64,000 nt of DNA from Phoronis australis. Taxonomy: Eukaryota; Animalia; Phoronida. The stretch lies in the NCBI GenBank assembly GCA_002633005.1, contig NMRA01000692.1:11933-75932 (forward strand), in the 5' to 3' direction. The position numbers were made by a program, and so were the translations under genes. Below the pieces are notes generated by a model, which worked only from the letters and a program-made list of their open reading frames with translations, made no database searches and had not been told where the DNA came from. Shown piece after piece: positions 14,601 through 26,000 of the stretch. Each line of letters opens with the position of its first letter. The stretch's first letter is position 1.

Positions 14601-17600
14601 TGTCGTTTGCGGCACGACTTGAGCAGACTGTGAGTCGACACGCGAGTAGGTTTCCCGAAATAAATTTTTATTGTCAAGTTGAGAAAGCATTTGCCAAGTT
14701 GGCGAATGGCCTTAGCTCAACCACCGCCAGTGCCGCTCAAAATTAGCCAATGGTGAGCTGGCAAGTGGTTAGCGCAAGCCTAGTCTTCTGAATGCTGGCT
14801 TTGGCTTTGTGACAATGACAAAAAAATGTCATGGCGCCTCAGAGTATGAGCAGCGCAACATATAATCCATCCAGTAGTTACAGTAGGGAAAATTGCATCT
14901 TCCCAAAGCTCACTATAACCTGTGACGGGCAATGCCAAAGCTGTGGCGGTGACAGCTTCCGACATGCACAGCAGACCTCATCTTCAGCATCTCAATGAGC
15001 ACAGTCACTAGCCATCCAAATTTGCTGAATGTGCACCGCTGTCCGCGATTGTTTTATTCCAGATGGACCTTAATTGAATTTTCTGTTTGTGACCTCTTTA
15101 GTTGATGTTTTGCTTTTGTTGTTCTTGATAATTTATCTCAGCTGTCTTTCTTTTTCTTTCAGTATTTCTTCATTCCGTTAACACCATGCCAGCCAAAACT
15201 GAACTGTAACCCTTTGAGACTTGGTCAGCGGAAATTGATCATTATACCTCGATACAGTTTTAATAAATTACCCAATGTCATATTGTTTGAACTTTTTTTC
15301 TAATCTTTAACAGGCTTCTGTAACCATAAATAAATAAATACCAAAGTTGCATTTGCGTTTTATAGCTCAATCTCTTATTTTTACTTTTAATTATGTCATG
15401 CTGTGTTGTATGTAACAATGCAATGTAATGAAATAAAGTCAATATTTAATTCTATTGTTGACCACTCTCTATCAGTTCAAGTGTTTTAATTTTCTTCAAA
15501 TAAATCCAAAATGCTTGAACCAAGAATTTCAGCATTAATTTTGAGCTCTGCACTGTGTTCTGCCATAAAAAACAAGTGGACAATACTTTAATGGCCAATG
15601 TGTGGGCTGAAACTGTTAAGCACCCAGCGTGTTGTATTTTGTATTGTATTTATTTATTATAGTGACAAGTACAATTAATTCAAACAGTTATAGGTATAAC
15701 ATTCGTAAGAAAAATAAGTACGTAGCCCAGTTGGGCTTTTTAGTCACTTTAACCACACAACTCAGATGTAGGCCTACCATAAATGCGACGGTTTCTAAGT
15801 TCAAAAGCAGACTTGATATATTTGGCAAATTGCCTAGGGAAATACTGAAACTGCAGTATCAGGATTCATAACTAATGACACTTAAAACCTTCAATATATC
15901 TTGCATGTCATTTTCATTCTCAGACAAAAGTGCAATATCGTCGTCATAAAGAAGCACTGAAATATTGTTCAGGCTACGTGTGACGCCTTTACCCAGTTTT
16001 TTAATGTCCAGAGCTAATAAAAGTCATTTATGTACAAGGCAAAGAGTGTCGGTGATAAAACGTCCCCCTGACGGACACCATTTTCAGGAGTGAACCAACC
16101 ACTATACAGAGTGGCATTTAATCGTATACAGTTCAACGGACTTCTGCAAATCATACGAATTGCATCATACATTCTACCATTAATATTATTTTGCAGTAAT
16201 TTATAAAACAGAAGTTCATGGTTTGTCCAGTCAAAAGCTTTTTTCATGTCCACAAATGTCACAAATGTAGAAAAGTTAGATGACTTTCTTGTTTGAATAA
16301 TTGATGACAGGACATATCAGTGATCAAATCAAGGCCGTTGGCTTTGAAAACTATTTTGCACACCAACTAAAATATTGCTCTGTTTACAGAAACCCAAAAT
16401 TCTGCAGTGTTTTTCCTTTGGCCTTATAGATCTCGAGTAGCGCCTGGGACAAATAGCTAGATTACATAAACAATACCTGGGTTGTTTTTATCCCATCTGA
16501 AGGAAATTTAATTTAAAAAAATATCTTCTGAAAATGAACAAAAAAGTAAAATCTACAAATTAAAGTGGTTTAAAGAGCAGTCGGTAAATGCACAGATTTT
16601 CATCTCATTTCTTTGATGCGTGTCTCTCCTGAGAGGTTAGTATCAAACAAGCAGATGAGCACTCCAGATTGGAATGCTATATCCTGCGTGGCTGCACTGC
16701 ATGCGACAGAAGATGGCAGACGACCTGACGACAATAAGTATCCTGACAGTAAATTCTACCCTGTCCCTGGACTGCACCATTTTCATTGCAATTTTTGAAT
16801 TTGCGATTTTAGAGATGGAAGCCAAACCTGTATCCGTGTATTTTAAAAGGAAAGTGTTGTAATCGTCATCATCATTCGTCCTTTATCTTTCTGTGGTGTC
16901 TTGTGATTTGTCATTTTTATGGTTCTCCGGATGCTTTTTTTATTTATACTGCTGGCGGGAACCCTGCTGGCAGTCTTTCAGCAAGCAATCAGGATGTCAG
17001 GGAGGGGCCACAGGCGTCCTCAGCTTCTGATCGTCCCCAATACACTACATATCAAATACTACTATATGTAGTGTATTGGGGACGATCAGAAGCTGAGGAC
17101 GCCTGTGGGAGGGGCACATGGATTGGGTTTTACCGAAGCTTGAACAGCTGTGTTTTAACTGGTGAGTACTTCTAGAGGCCTAGCTAGTGAACCTTCAGTA
17201 ATACAACAAAAGTCTACATTTGACTTTTGAGAAGACTTTCACTCAACCAACACCGTCACAAAGGCTCGGTCGGCTCTAGACACATAACGCGTCTGTGGCA
17301 TGGGTCGGCTCATCAAGACTCACTAAAGTAATGTAGTGAGACGTCACTTGACCTGTCTCACTGCTGCGCTGGCCTTCTGCCGCGCGCGCCCTCTGTCAGC
17401 AGCGAGAGACGACTGCTGTTCGTCTTGGAGACTGCCGATGTTGGCATTCAGTATTAGGCTATATGACTCATGATATCCGCTTACGGTAGGTCAGGGTAAA
17501 TAAACAGATGGCGTCACATCAACACTCAATATCAGCAACTTACAAGAACGTTTAGTGGCTCATATTCACCACCAAACTCTAAATCTTGTAAAACTTCTTT

Positions 17601-17636
17601 CAGGTTGTACAAACAGTTCTTCGTAATCGCCGCCAT
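1842..17636 (-). CDS. RADX: RADX-like (RPA1-related OB-fold ssDNA-binding protein), spliced gene, 3' end lies beyond window start
   Basis: Phase-consistent GT-AG exons 17544-17636, 11257-11424, 8292-8427, 7045-7173, 6582-6763, 5509-5588, 3070-3300, 1842-1921 give 366 open codons. Peptide blocks (YDLVITDCRHKVKCTLSPDYNSLV; PLLGTRGCYLSVWSDDD; PLLCVRVLQKNRVRHY; LFVADRSGVCTAILWN; EIGINSHHPPT..WRLPETQYNF; ICDVCGVVVFVGR) follow, in order, my recollection of human RADX blocks (YDVTISDG..KCYLDPSLNSLV; PLRGGKSHYLALWNNED; ALLVRILHKSKLRYY; EVADSSGTVSVIMWN; EICLNLRDPPT..WRLP; ICDVIGLLVFVGR). No database search was run. Confidence 0.8.
2594..2649. repeat. (TG)n/(TGCG)n microsatellite
   Basis: Direct inspection. 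Confidence 0.95.
3070..3300 (-). CDS. RADX: RADX-like exon 7 (IDEGGVLLITNYIVK...WRLPETQYNFVSRRRL)
   Basis: Acceptor aattttacag|, donor AAG|gtaggg, phase 2 to 2. Confidence 0.8.
4290..5192. repeat. 15-bp minisatellite spanning an assembly gap
   Basis: Unit tacacccatgcaccg on both sides of the N-run 4418-5092. Confidence 0.9.
5509..5588 (-). CDS. RADX: RADX-like exon 6 (AQLFVADRSGVCTAILWNRACVELYN)
   Basis: Acceptor tttgattgctag|, donor AG|gttggt; typical OB-fold AD.SG...(I/L)WN motif. Confidence 0.8.
6582..6763 (-). CDS. RADX: RADX-like exon 5 (..IITIKDLSKTWQQLGHRYPLLCVRVLQK..WPFQ)
   Basis: Acceptor tttttcag| (phase 1), donor CAG|gtgagt. Confidence 0.75.
7045..7173 (-). CDS. RADX: RADX-like exon 4 (..EVPLLGTRGCYLSVWSDDD..)
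   Basis: Acceptor ctctttag|, donor AAAG|gtacag, phase 1 to 1. Confidence 0.75.
7678..7929. repeat. ~21-22-bp minisatellite
   Basis: Unit gggtatctcat(g/t)ggtacctctt. Confidence 0.95.
8292..8427 (-). CDS. RADX: RADX-like exon 3 (LCPGSLVRLTECSLGCNEQNL...)
   Basis: Acceptor tttttctatgttgcag|, donor CCTG|gtgaga, phase 0 to 1. Confidence 0.75.
9325..10715. repeat. Dispersed repeat copy A (copy B at ~14010-14785)
   Basis: Long shared blocks such as gctcgcgctagac, cacttgcagacgacaagcagcagcacctacacaagatct and ccagtgccgctcaaaattagccaa; copy A has ~650 bp extra inside. Confidence 0.8.
11257..11424 (-). CDS. RADX: RADX-like exon 2 (VVSINRYAID...LVQLGE), first OB fold
   Basis: Acceptor ttttattgcag|, donor GAG|gtattg, 168 nt; inside ORF 11128..11430. 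Confidence 0.8.
14010..14785. repeat. Dispersed repeat copy B
   Basis: Same-orientation match to 9325-10715. Confidence 0.8.
14800..15215 (-). mobile_element. Probable degraded pogo/DDE-type transposase C-terminus (Lys-rich linker plus PHD-like Cys motif)
   Basis: Frameshifted peptide SSVLAGMVLTE..K-rich..GPSG..EDEVCCACRKLSPP..VIVS..CNYW..LRRHDIF. Confidence 0.4.
15860..16400 (-). mobile_element. Non-LTR retrotransposon (CR1/L2-group) RT fragment in RADX intron 1
   Basis: FVDMKKAFD, GVRQGDVLSPTLFALYIND, LLYDDDIALLS; frameshifted; ends approximate. Confidence 0.85.
17008..17108. mobile_element. Hairpin MITE: perfect 45-bp inverted repeats, 11-nt spacer, 6-bp TSD
   Basis: Arms 17008-17052 and 17064-17108 are exact reverse complements; GAGGGG on both flanks. 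Confidence 0.85.
17544..17636 (-). CDS. RADX: RADX-like exon 1 (MAAITKNCLYNLKEVLQDLEFGGEYEPLNVL)
   Basis: ATGGCGGCG start, 93 nt open, donor CTT|gtaagt; phase 0 matches the next exon. Confidence 0.7.
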
Positions 17637-18640
17637 CACAGTCGTTACTGACATCTAGCGCCGAAAAATTAAACTAACTTGTTGGCACCCGGTGGTTTGC
17701 GGAAAGCTAACGTGGGCTGGATCAGCTGGGAAATAGAATGGTGAAGTTTTCCTTCAATTTTTGCCTTGACAGCCATTTTTACATTCATGCGTATAAGGTC
17801 GGTACAAGATGTGCACAAATGTTACTTTCTCACCATTTGTCTCACAGTGCCTACTTTATCATACAACTGACACAATTGGCTTTCTCATCATACGACTCGA
17901 CCCTTTCCTCAGTGTCCGTCATGAAGCATTTTAGTACCGTTTGTTTTTGTTTTCGACAACATTGATGAAATAAAAAAATCATTTTAAAATTCAAATTTAA
18001 TTGAACATTTCTATGAACAGGGAGCCGTCGATTAGTTCGAAGTAAATGTAGCACTTTTTTATCGCATGCTAAACGTCCGAGTCACCCATCTCCCCCGGTC
18101 CCCGGCACCCCCAGACATATCATGTCATATCCAACTCATTGACGGCGATGTTCATGTTGACTAGACGAGCTAAAAGTTCAAAGTTCTTGCACACACTTCA
18201 TTATTCAGAAAGTCTGCCATTTAGGAAATATTTATGTCAATGACGTTGACGATTTCTTGAGGTGAGTATATTCATGATCACACTACGGAACACTGATTCC
18301 TGAACACTTCAAGTTGAGGCACACTTCAAATGGTAATGAATGACAATAAGTTGCCGGAAAGATTTCTCCCGTCGTTGTACATGTGCAGTGTGTGAAATAC
18401 GAGAATTTAGTAAAGAAAATAATTGCTTTTATCAGTGTAGGTTAGTGCAGCGGAAGTTCTTTTCCAACTCGACCTGTCTGCACAGGCACTGTGTTCCAAC
18501 ATGGCGTTTCAAGTCGTCCCATAAAGGACTTGTCCTTTGAATTACAGCATGAAATTTTCGTTTGATTCAGTAGGCCTAGATTGCTGGCCAATCACTGCGT
18601 ACCATTTCATCTTAACACGAGACCAAATAAAATGCTGTAA

Positions 18641-18752
18641 CATGGGCGGTGCAGCACTGAAAAAAGTGGGGGCTATAGCCCGATCCCCCCCCAGTCCCCC
18701 TGTGATACACCGCCCATAGACCATGGGCGCCGAAGTACTGAAAAAAGTGGGG
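18641..18752. mobile_element. Short MITE family member (catgggcggtgca... ends); related copy at ~59644-59735
   Basis: Shared catgggcggtgca and gggggctatagc segments; ctgaaaaa and catgggcgccg are inverted in the 59.7-kb copy. Confidence 0.55.
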
Positions 18753-21700
18753 NNNNNNNNNNNNNNNNNNNNNNNNNNNNNNNNNNNNNNNNNNNNNNNN
18801 NNNNNNNNNNNNNNNNNNNNNNNNNNNNNNNNNNNNNNNNNNNNNNNNNNNNNNNNNNNNNNNNNNNNNTCCCTCCCTCTCTCTCTCTCTCTCGCGTACG
18901 ACAAGCCAAGTGAATAAATTGGGCTTGAAGAAAATGCATTTACTACTGAGACATACTTAGCGTAGTGTTGATGTATGGATCCGTTGTCTGAAAGTCCCGC
19001 CGATTTAATCGGGCTCTTGCAGTTTGGGCGATCAACGGATGGATACTGGGAGAACCGTGCGACTTCACCTGAAAACTTATGATCTTTACAGAGCCTTCAA
19101 TCTATCCAACGCTGTTTTGGAAAACCAACGGATCATTTGGTGGTCTGAGTTTGAACCTAGTATTCGTTCCCGAATATGCGACAGGGGATATAGGTCTGTC
19201 AAACTTACTTTGCAGTCTGCGCCAGTGACTGTTCTTGTTTGTTCCCTATAATTTAAAATTCAGAATTAGAAAAAAGCTCTTCTTGTAAAAGATTGTCGAC
19301 TTTGCTGACATATCTTACTTTGTGATTTAGGTCGTCTCGATCGGGTCCCTAAGTTATAAAAAATCCGGGGAGTCTTAGCGATTTGAGCTGCCCAACGGTC
19401 ACAATTTTTTAGCTCCTCCCACTCGTCACATTTTTTTCACACCNCCCCGTTTACACAACTTTCAAGGGGACCCCCTGTGACTACGGAGCGGAGACCCTAA
19501 TTTGTGCGAGGCCCTAAGTTGGAGTTCATTTAAAGGATAACTTGAATCCTGGTATGCTTGCCAAAGAATTGAGGAACGACTCAATTTTACGGTCACTTGT
19601 AAAATCTGTCGATGCGATTTTTCGTTGAACGTGGTATCCATCGTAACCTTTTTAAAATAACTAGCCCACCTTCATAGATCGTTTGTTGTTCTTTACTCTG
19701 AATAGTAATATTTCCTGGTCTTGAGAAAAACTGGCATCCCCAGAAATTGCTCATGAAACATGATCGGTGGATAGAATAATCCGCCAAAAGACAGGTCAAG
19801 TTATTGGTCTCAAGTTATTTGCAGGCAAGAAGGCATCCCCAGCCTCTGTAGTGGTCTCAAGTTGTTTGCAGCCAAGAAGCCATCTCTAACCTCCTTAGCA
19901 AACTAGCTTTATAACTTTAAACATCAAAAGTTAGTTTCTGTGACGGAAGGTACGTTTACAGCAAATTCAATAAAAACTCATTTTTATAAAGTTGTGCATT
20001 GAAACACAATAATTGGGACCATGTACATAAGCAGTACATTCATGAATATGTACAAAACTGCTTCTTAAATAGAACATAATTAACTTATAAACATATCAAT
20101 AACATAACAATTTAAAATCACATTTTCCAAAGTATGATAACTAAATACTGTCAGGTATTTGTGACTTCTTACACTTACGTCTTGAAAGTGTTCAAGACAA
20201 CACACTTTTACCGTGTGCAAATAATCCTGCGCTGACCAAGAGCACGTGTCGGAACGCCACTGTTTCACAAAACACACATATTAATTAAAGTTGCATAACA
20301 TCTCTGTAAACTGCAACTCATAAGCAAAAAGAATGCGTTTTAAGAATACATTTTACGAATGCCTTTCAAGGATGCATTTCAGCATAATTATGATATCTGT
20401 ATAACCACATGTCTTTCATCAATAGACCTTTCGAAAAATTTGAACCAAAATAGATTTTTGGCCCTCTTCTGTTGACGTCATGGTGCTAACTTGGGCTGCT
20501 TTCCACAGACAAGGGGCATTAGCCATGCACTTCCGGCAACGAATTTGTCGCTTGTGCAACGAATTAATGAATTTTATCAATTAAGTCACCATTCCAAACT
20601 CCTTGACTAGTCACTTCAATAGCCGCTGCTTCAGTTGCTAGTTTACGCTTGTTAGGTCACGAGCATATACCCGCGAAACACCCGCTTTTCAATCAATCAA
20701 TTTGCGTGACTATTGTCTCAGGTCTGGGAAACGTAACCGTGGTCTCGGAGGTCCGTAGTCGCAAGAAACTCGCAAATAAAGCTATTGCGACCACGTGTTT
20801 AGCTTGTAATGTGTCCAGACGATATCTTGCGAAGACTTGCGTGATTTTGAGTTTTTAAGAGTTTCTCACGGCTGTGGTACTGCCCGGCGGGAATTCTTCC
20901 GAGGTTTTTCAAACGTCTTGCTGGTTTTCCGCATAAAAGGCCTCACGAGATTATAGGTGATTTTGTCCCACTTTCGTGCTCAGTTGGTTAATTCGCAAGT
21001 ATGCTGCAGGAAGGTAAGTTAGCAACTGAAACGTATTACGAATTTTCGGTCGCTAATTCAATACGCGCGTCGAGGGTATTAATCAACGCTAAACAGGCTT
21101 CACACTATTTTGATTATACATATGAGCTACGGTAACTATATAATAACAATAAAATTATATTATGCCGCGCAGAACTTCTATAACTACCACACGTGTATCA
21201 ATAAATAAATATAGATTCAATGTTGCACATACATTCGCATAAGCGGTATTTACGAATTAAGCTACAATAGTCCAAAATGGTGCGATTTTCAATCCGTAAA
21301 CAAGCACATTTCCATATTTACGATGAAAAAGTTTGAAATGCCACAGTTTCAGTGAGTACCCTAATAAAAGCACGATTGATCAGGCATTCGTTCGAAATGA
21401 TAAGAACTAGTACACTACAAACAGGAATTATAAATTATGTGGTTTTGTGGAAACGAGATAAAATATTTGTAAACTATCGGGGGTGGTAATAGTCACTTCC
21501 CGGAATACGACAGCGCCCCTCTCCGATTCAAAAACTAACCACGCAAATAAAAATCTTTAGTACAGAAGGTTTACTAGAACCATACGCACATCCACCCTAA
21601 CCACGCACTGTAGGGGTTTTGAAATAAAATTGTCTGTGGCAAGGGTTCATTATGCGTGGTAAGAATTTTGTGAAAAGTGACAAGCGTTCCACGCGGACCG

Positions 21701-22606
21701 TGGCCACGTGTCCGTTACGCGGACGGAATACAATCACGTAAACGCCAGATGAGGGGCATGGGTGTAATCGTTGTACTCGAAATTATTTTTGTCATTTTCT
21801 GCTCTACCTATGTGCGAGCTATTTGGCTTTTGATTTACCCTTACAAGCTACTAGTCCAAGTTTGGACTTTGTGACCCCTATATTCGTGTTCCAGCTTTTA
21901 ATGCTGGGGTTATCATGTGCAAATTACGATTTAAAAGTTGTCCACGTAAGTCATTACGTATTCAAGCATACTCCTGTTCGCACAAAAATAGACAATGGGA
22001 AAAATGATTTTGAGTTGGATTTCGAGTAAAAAGATTAGACCCCGTGCCCTGATCACGAGATATCGCAATACAAGCGACGTACTAGATTCCACTAGCTGTA
22101 CTTGCTCAACTCAACCCGGATTTCGGCTCTGGTAAACGTTGACCGAGACAACGGTTATTACCACCCCTGACTCTAATACAGTGGAAATCAATTCATGTTT
22201 TGGTTAAACCTTACTAACGTTGCCTTACTGTGGTAGTAAAACCGTATTTCCCTTTACAACTGTTAAAAAATAATAAGAAATGTTTAACAATATTCATCTT
22301 AGCTTACTCTTTTCGTACTGCGAGTCCGATACAAGTTAGTTAGACAACCTGTTTTTGCTTAAGAGAGGTTTCATGTATAAATCTCTCAACAATTAGTTTC
22401 CTTAGCTGTCTTGAACTTTGATGTTTGACGGTAAAAATCATTCCGGATGCCATCTCCTTTTTTCCATTTTAGCATCAGCGAATTTTGTTTGGACATCACC
22501 ATAAAATGTCCTTGTTGGACATTATTGCACAGTGCGCGCGCGAATTTTCGTTTCACGCTCGCCGTATACAGACGCATGCGTACACGCTGCGGGTACAGTG
22601 ACGCCA

Positions 22607-23095
22607 TTACTTGCACGTGTACTCCTCAGTCCTGGCACTACAAGTGTTGCACGTCACTCGACAGCACCAGTGAAACTTACAGTTACACTGCCATGTCCGT
22701 GTGTGCTGGTGGGTGTTGTACCCTCGTCCGCAACACATCAAGTCACAACCGTCAATGTCCGACGAGGTTCGATTACACAATCTCTCTCGTGTCCCCAACG
22801 ACCCTGTTTTATCATTAAACTCACAATAGTTTGGAGATTTGTCCAGAAAAACAATATCTCCTCTGCCGGGTTTCCCTGTGGGCCTCTTCTTCGTGGGCCG
22901 TTTGAGTTTTAACAAATAAGGTCTGCGTAAACTCCGCCGTTTCATTGGAACTACTTGTTTTGCTCTTTTGTACTTGGACATCAAACTGTCACCGACTTTT
23001 CTGAAGGGTGGAAGGGTTGTCCAGCACGTGCGCATGGTACAGGAACCGGAAACGCCGTGGCACTTACATTCGAGATGCATAGTTCGTTTCACTGC
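22607..23095 (-). CDS. Wnt7: Wnt7 exon 4 ([19 protein letters not shown]...EEYTCK stop)
   Basis: Acceptor tctttcag|, Cys-rich Wnt C-terminus, TAA stop. Confidence 0.97.
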   Translation of the reverse strand, partial: AVKRTMHLECKCHGVSGSCTMRTCWTTLPPFRKVGDSLMSKYKRAKQVVPMKRRSLRRPYLLKLKRPTKKRPTGKPGRGDIVFLDKSPNYCEFNDKTGSLGTRERLCNRTSSDIDGCDLMCCGRGYNTHQHTRTWQCNCKFHWCCRVTCNTCSARTEEYTCK

Positions 23096-26000
23096 CTGAA
23101 AAGACAAGAAAATGACTTTTACCAATGACCATTATAAGAACACCGAAACTCCGTTTGTACGATAATCTTAATTCCGCTGCAGTTCCGTGAAACTTAGGTG
23201 GCGACAGCCAGCAGATGCGCAAGTGGTGTGAATTTAGCCAGTATGCCCCTACCCCCCCTCAAACAACTTTTCTTTCTACGTACTTGATTCGGTATATTTT
23301 TATGATTCACTCGACAAAATGGACAACTAATGTACCAGTACAGAGGGAGAAACGACAAAGATAAACGACAGTCTAAATGCTGACAATAACACACACTAGC
23401 GGACCTAACATATCGTAAGTGGGTATCAACCGCAATTTACGGAGAAAAAATTACGCGTATCACCTGAAAACGGTACATCGATATCGTTTCACTTTTTCCT
23501 CGTGCCTGTAGAGGAGACCCCTAAATTTGTCCGTGGGTTTGCCAGTCACTTGCTACGTCATGTTTTTGTCACTGTCATCAACTCAAATAATGGTGAGTTA
23601 CATCCGAGTTAATGCAATCAAGGAGTGCAAATAATAACATCAATCAAGGTGTGCGAATGATAAGATCAATCAAACTTCCCGCAAGTGTCACAGTAAGACG
23701 GTTAACAAAAGATTTCTCATGTATCTTAACTGCACTTTGACGGTAGGATATTAAGAAAACGGGTTTATGAACTTCATTGACTCATGTTTTCAATTTTGCT
23801 GTGTCGTCTTTTTTCAACCCTTTCTCCTGCAAGATGACACGTATACACCGAAGTCGATGTTGATGCGTCCTCGTCAAAATATTCAACTAACGCCATGCGT
23901 GCAGTACGTGAAAAAACACAATGTCGCCGGAGATACGTAGATGTGCAATACAACAATGAAAAGTAGGGGGCGCTACACACATGATGCCCCAGTCTCCAAT
24001 GCAGACAGTTATCACGGGTGAGAAACAACATGACCGCCNNNNNNNNNNNNNNNNNNNNNNNNNNNNNNNNNNNNNNNNNNNNNNNNNNNNNNNNNNNNNN
24101 NNNNNNNNNNNNNNNNNNNNNNNNNNNNNNNNNNNNNNNNNNNNNNNNNNNNNNNNNNNNNNNNNNNNNNNNNNNGGTCATGTTCAGTCCCCGGCGGTCC
24201 TGTTTTCTGGTGGGGCGGTCATGTTTTTAGGTGCGTCAGTCCCATTTTCTGGTGCGACGGTCCCATTTGATCCCCGGAGGTCCTGTTTTGGGTGAGGCGG
24301 TCCGATTTAAGAGGACCGGCGGTCATGTTTTTTCTCACCCATAGTTATACACTGTTGAGCTTAATGAGCTCCCTCTGACCGTTATAACTTGATATTGCCC
24401 AGAGAAACGCTACGTATTTGTATAATGTGACATGACACATTAAAATTAGAATTACTATACTATCACACATTCAATATTTCAATTAACTGAGTTAGCAATA
24501 AACCGTAAAACTCACTTCCAGTTTCACCTATGACTGAAATGTTATTAACGCGAAATGGGCGCTATGCTCAGATTGGGATAATGGCATGTTTTGCGCCTTT
24601 GAATACATCTTATCCTGAATGATAAGAACTAAAAACACGTTACAAAACAAATTAAGTTCGCCTCTAAGATATAAAAACGCGGCATGTGAAACAAAACATT
24701 TTTGCGGAACCTGATTTTTAAAGCTTTCTATTTTCTTATATCTGATGATAGCAATGCGAATTCACGACTGACTATTAAATTATCCTACAAAACTCACGTC
24801 TTACCTTTTACGGTTGACCAACCATATCTAAATCAACATTGATGTCATTAATAAGTTTTGCCTTGCACAAATCTAACGACATTCAAGTGTTCGCGCTGAG
24901 ATTCACACCAAAGGGCTTATTGGAGGCATTGATAGTCACTCACACACAACGTAGTTTGTACGGATAGGCTGCTAGCTATTTGCATTGCTGCTCGGAATTA
25001 AATTGGACAGTTGTATGCCGGCATCAGATACAGCCGCGAATAGTGACAATAGAACGCCATCATCAACTAAATGAACGGGTGTACACGTCGATTCTTATTA
25101 ACACGTCAGTTTACTAGCATTAGAAACACAAAACTCGTTTGCGACATCGTGTTTTGCGTAATCTAACTAAACATTAATTGTTCAGCTGGGAGACTTCACA
25201 GGTAACTCAGTGCAACCAGGATTGTCCTAACTCCGGCCACTGAGTACAGTGGGCCCGGGGTCATGTGACATCTATAGAAGTCTGGCACAAGTCTTTACTG
25301 AGCAGTTCATTCATGTTTTAGCACGCGCTCTCATAATCTGTACCTAACACCCTCTCGCGCAATAATTAGCACCTAAATCCAACAATTACAAAATGACATA
25401 TTGATGACCATCATATGTATTGTGCCCGCTAGACCGAACAGCTGCAAACAGCATAACCTTCCTGGACAAACAACATAAGACTAGCTGATCTGGAGTGCCA
25501 TGCTAGGTGCCCTCCGCTCTGACGTTCCTGGAGATAGGTAGTTGACAACTAGGACTACAACAGAGGGCGCACCCCCACGGAACCTCGATTCTTGAAGCGT
25601 GCAATTAAGAATCAACTGCTACAGAAAAGAATATGGCAGTGTTTCAGCTAATGAAGACATCAAACTGCACAAAACCATGCTCAAAATTTTATCGTAGAAT
25701 GGATTTTAAGGTACACTAGATCCTAATATAGCATATTCCATGGACATTATATTAAAGTCCTTAAGGCATCATTTCACCATGCAGTGACTACATTTGTTAG
25801 TACCGTTAAACCTTCCTTTACACTCCTGCATATCACAACCGTGAATTCAATATCCCATAAACGAGAAAACAGAGGAAAGAAGAATTCAGCTGAAAGTTTC
25901 TTAACTCCACGGACACGAGTGTGACGTATGGACGTACCAAGCGACAGTATAGCCGCCAATACCAAGTTGTCACAACCAGCTCAAACGCAGCGTCTCGTAT

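Noticed and set aside
19980-22606. Exact Wnt7 3' end
   Set aside because: The AT-rich region looks like a long 3' UTR, but I found no canonical AATAAA on the minus strand, so it is not called.
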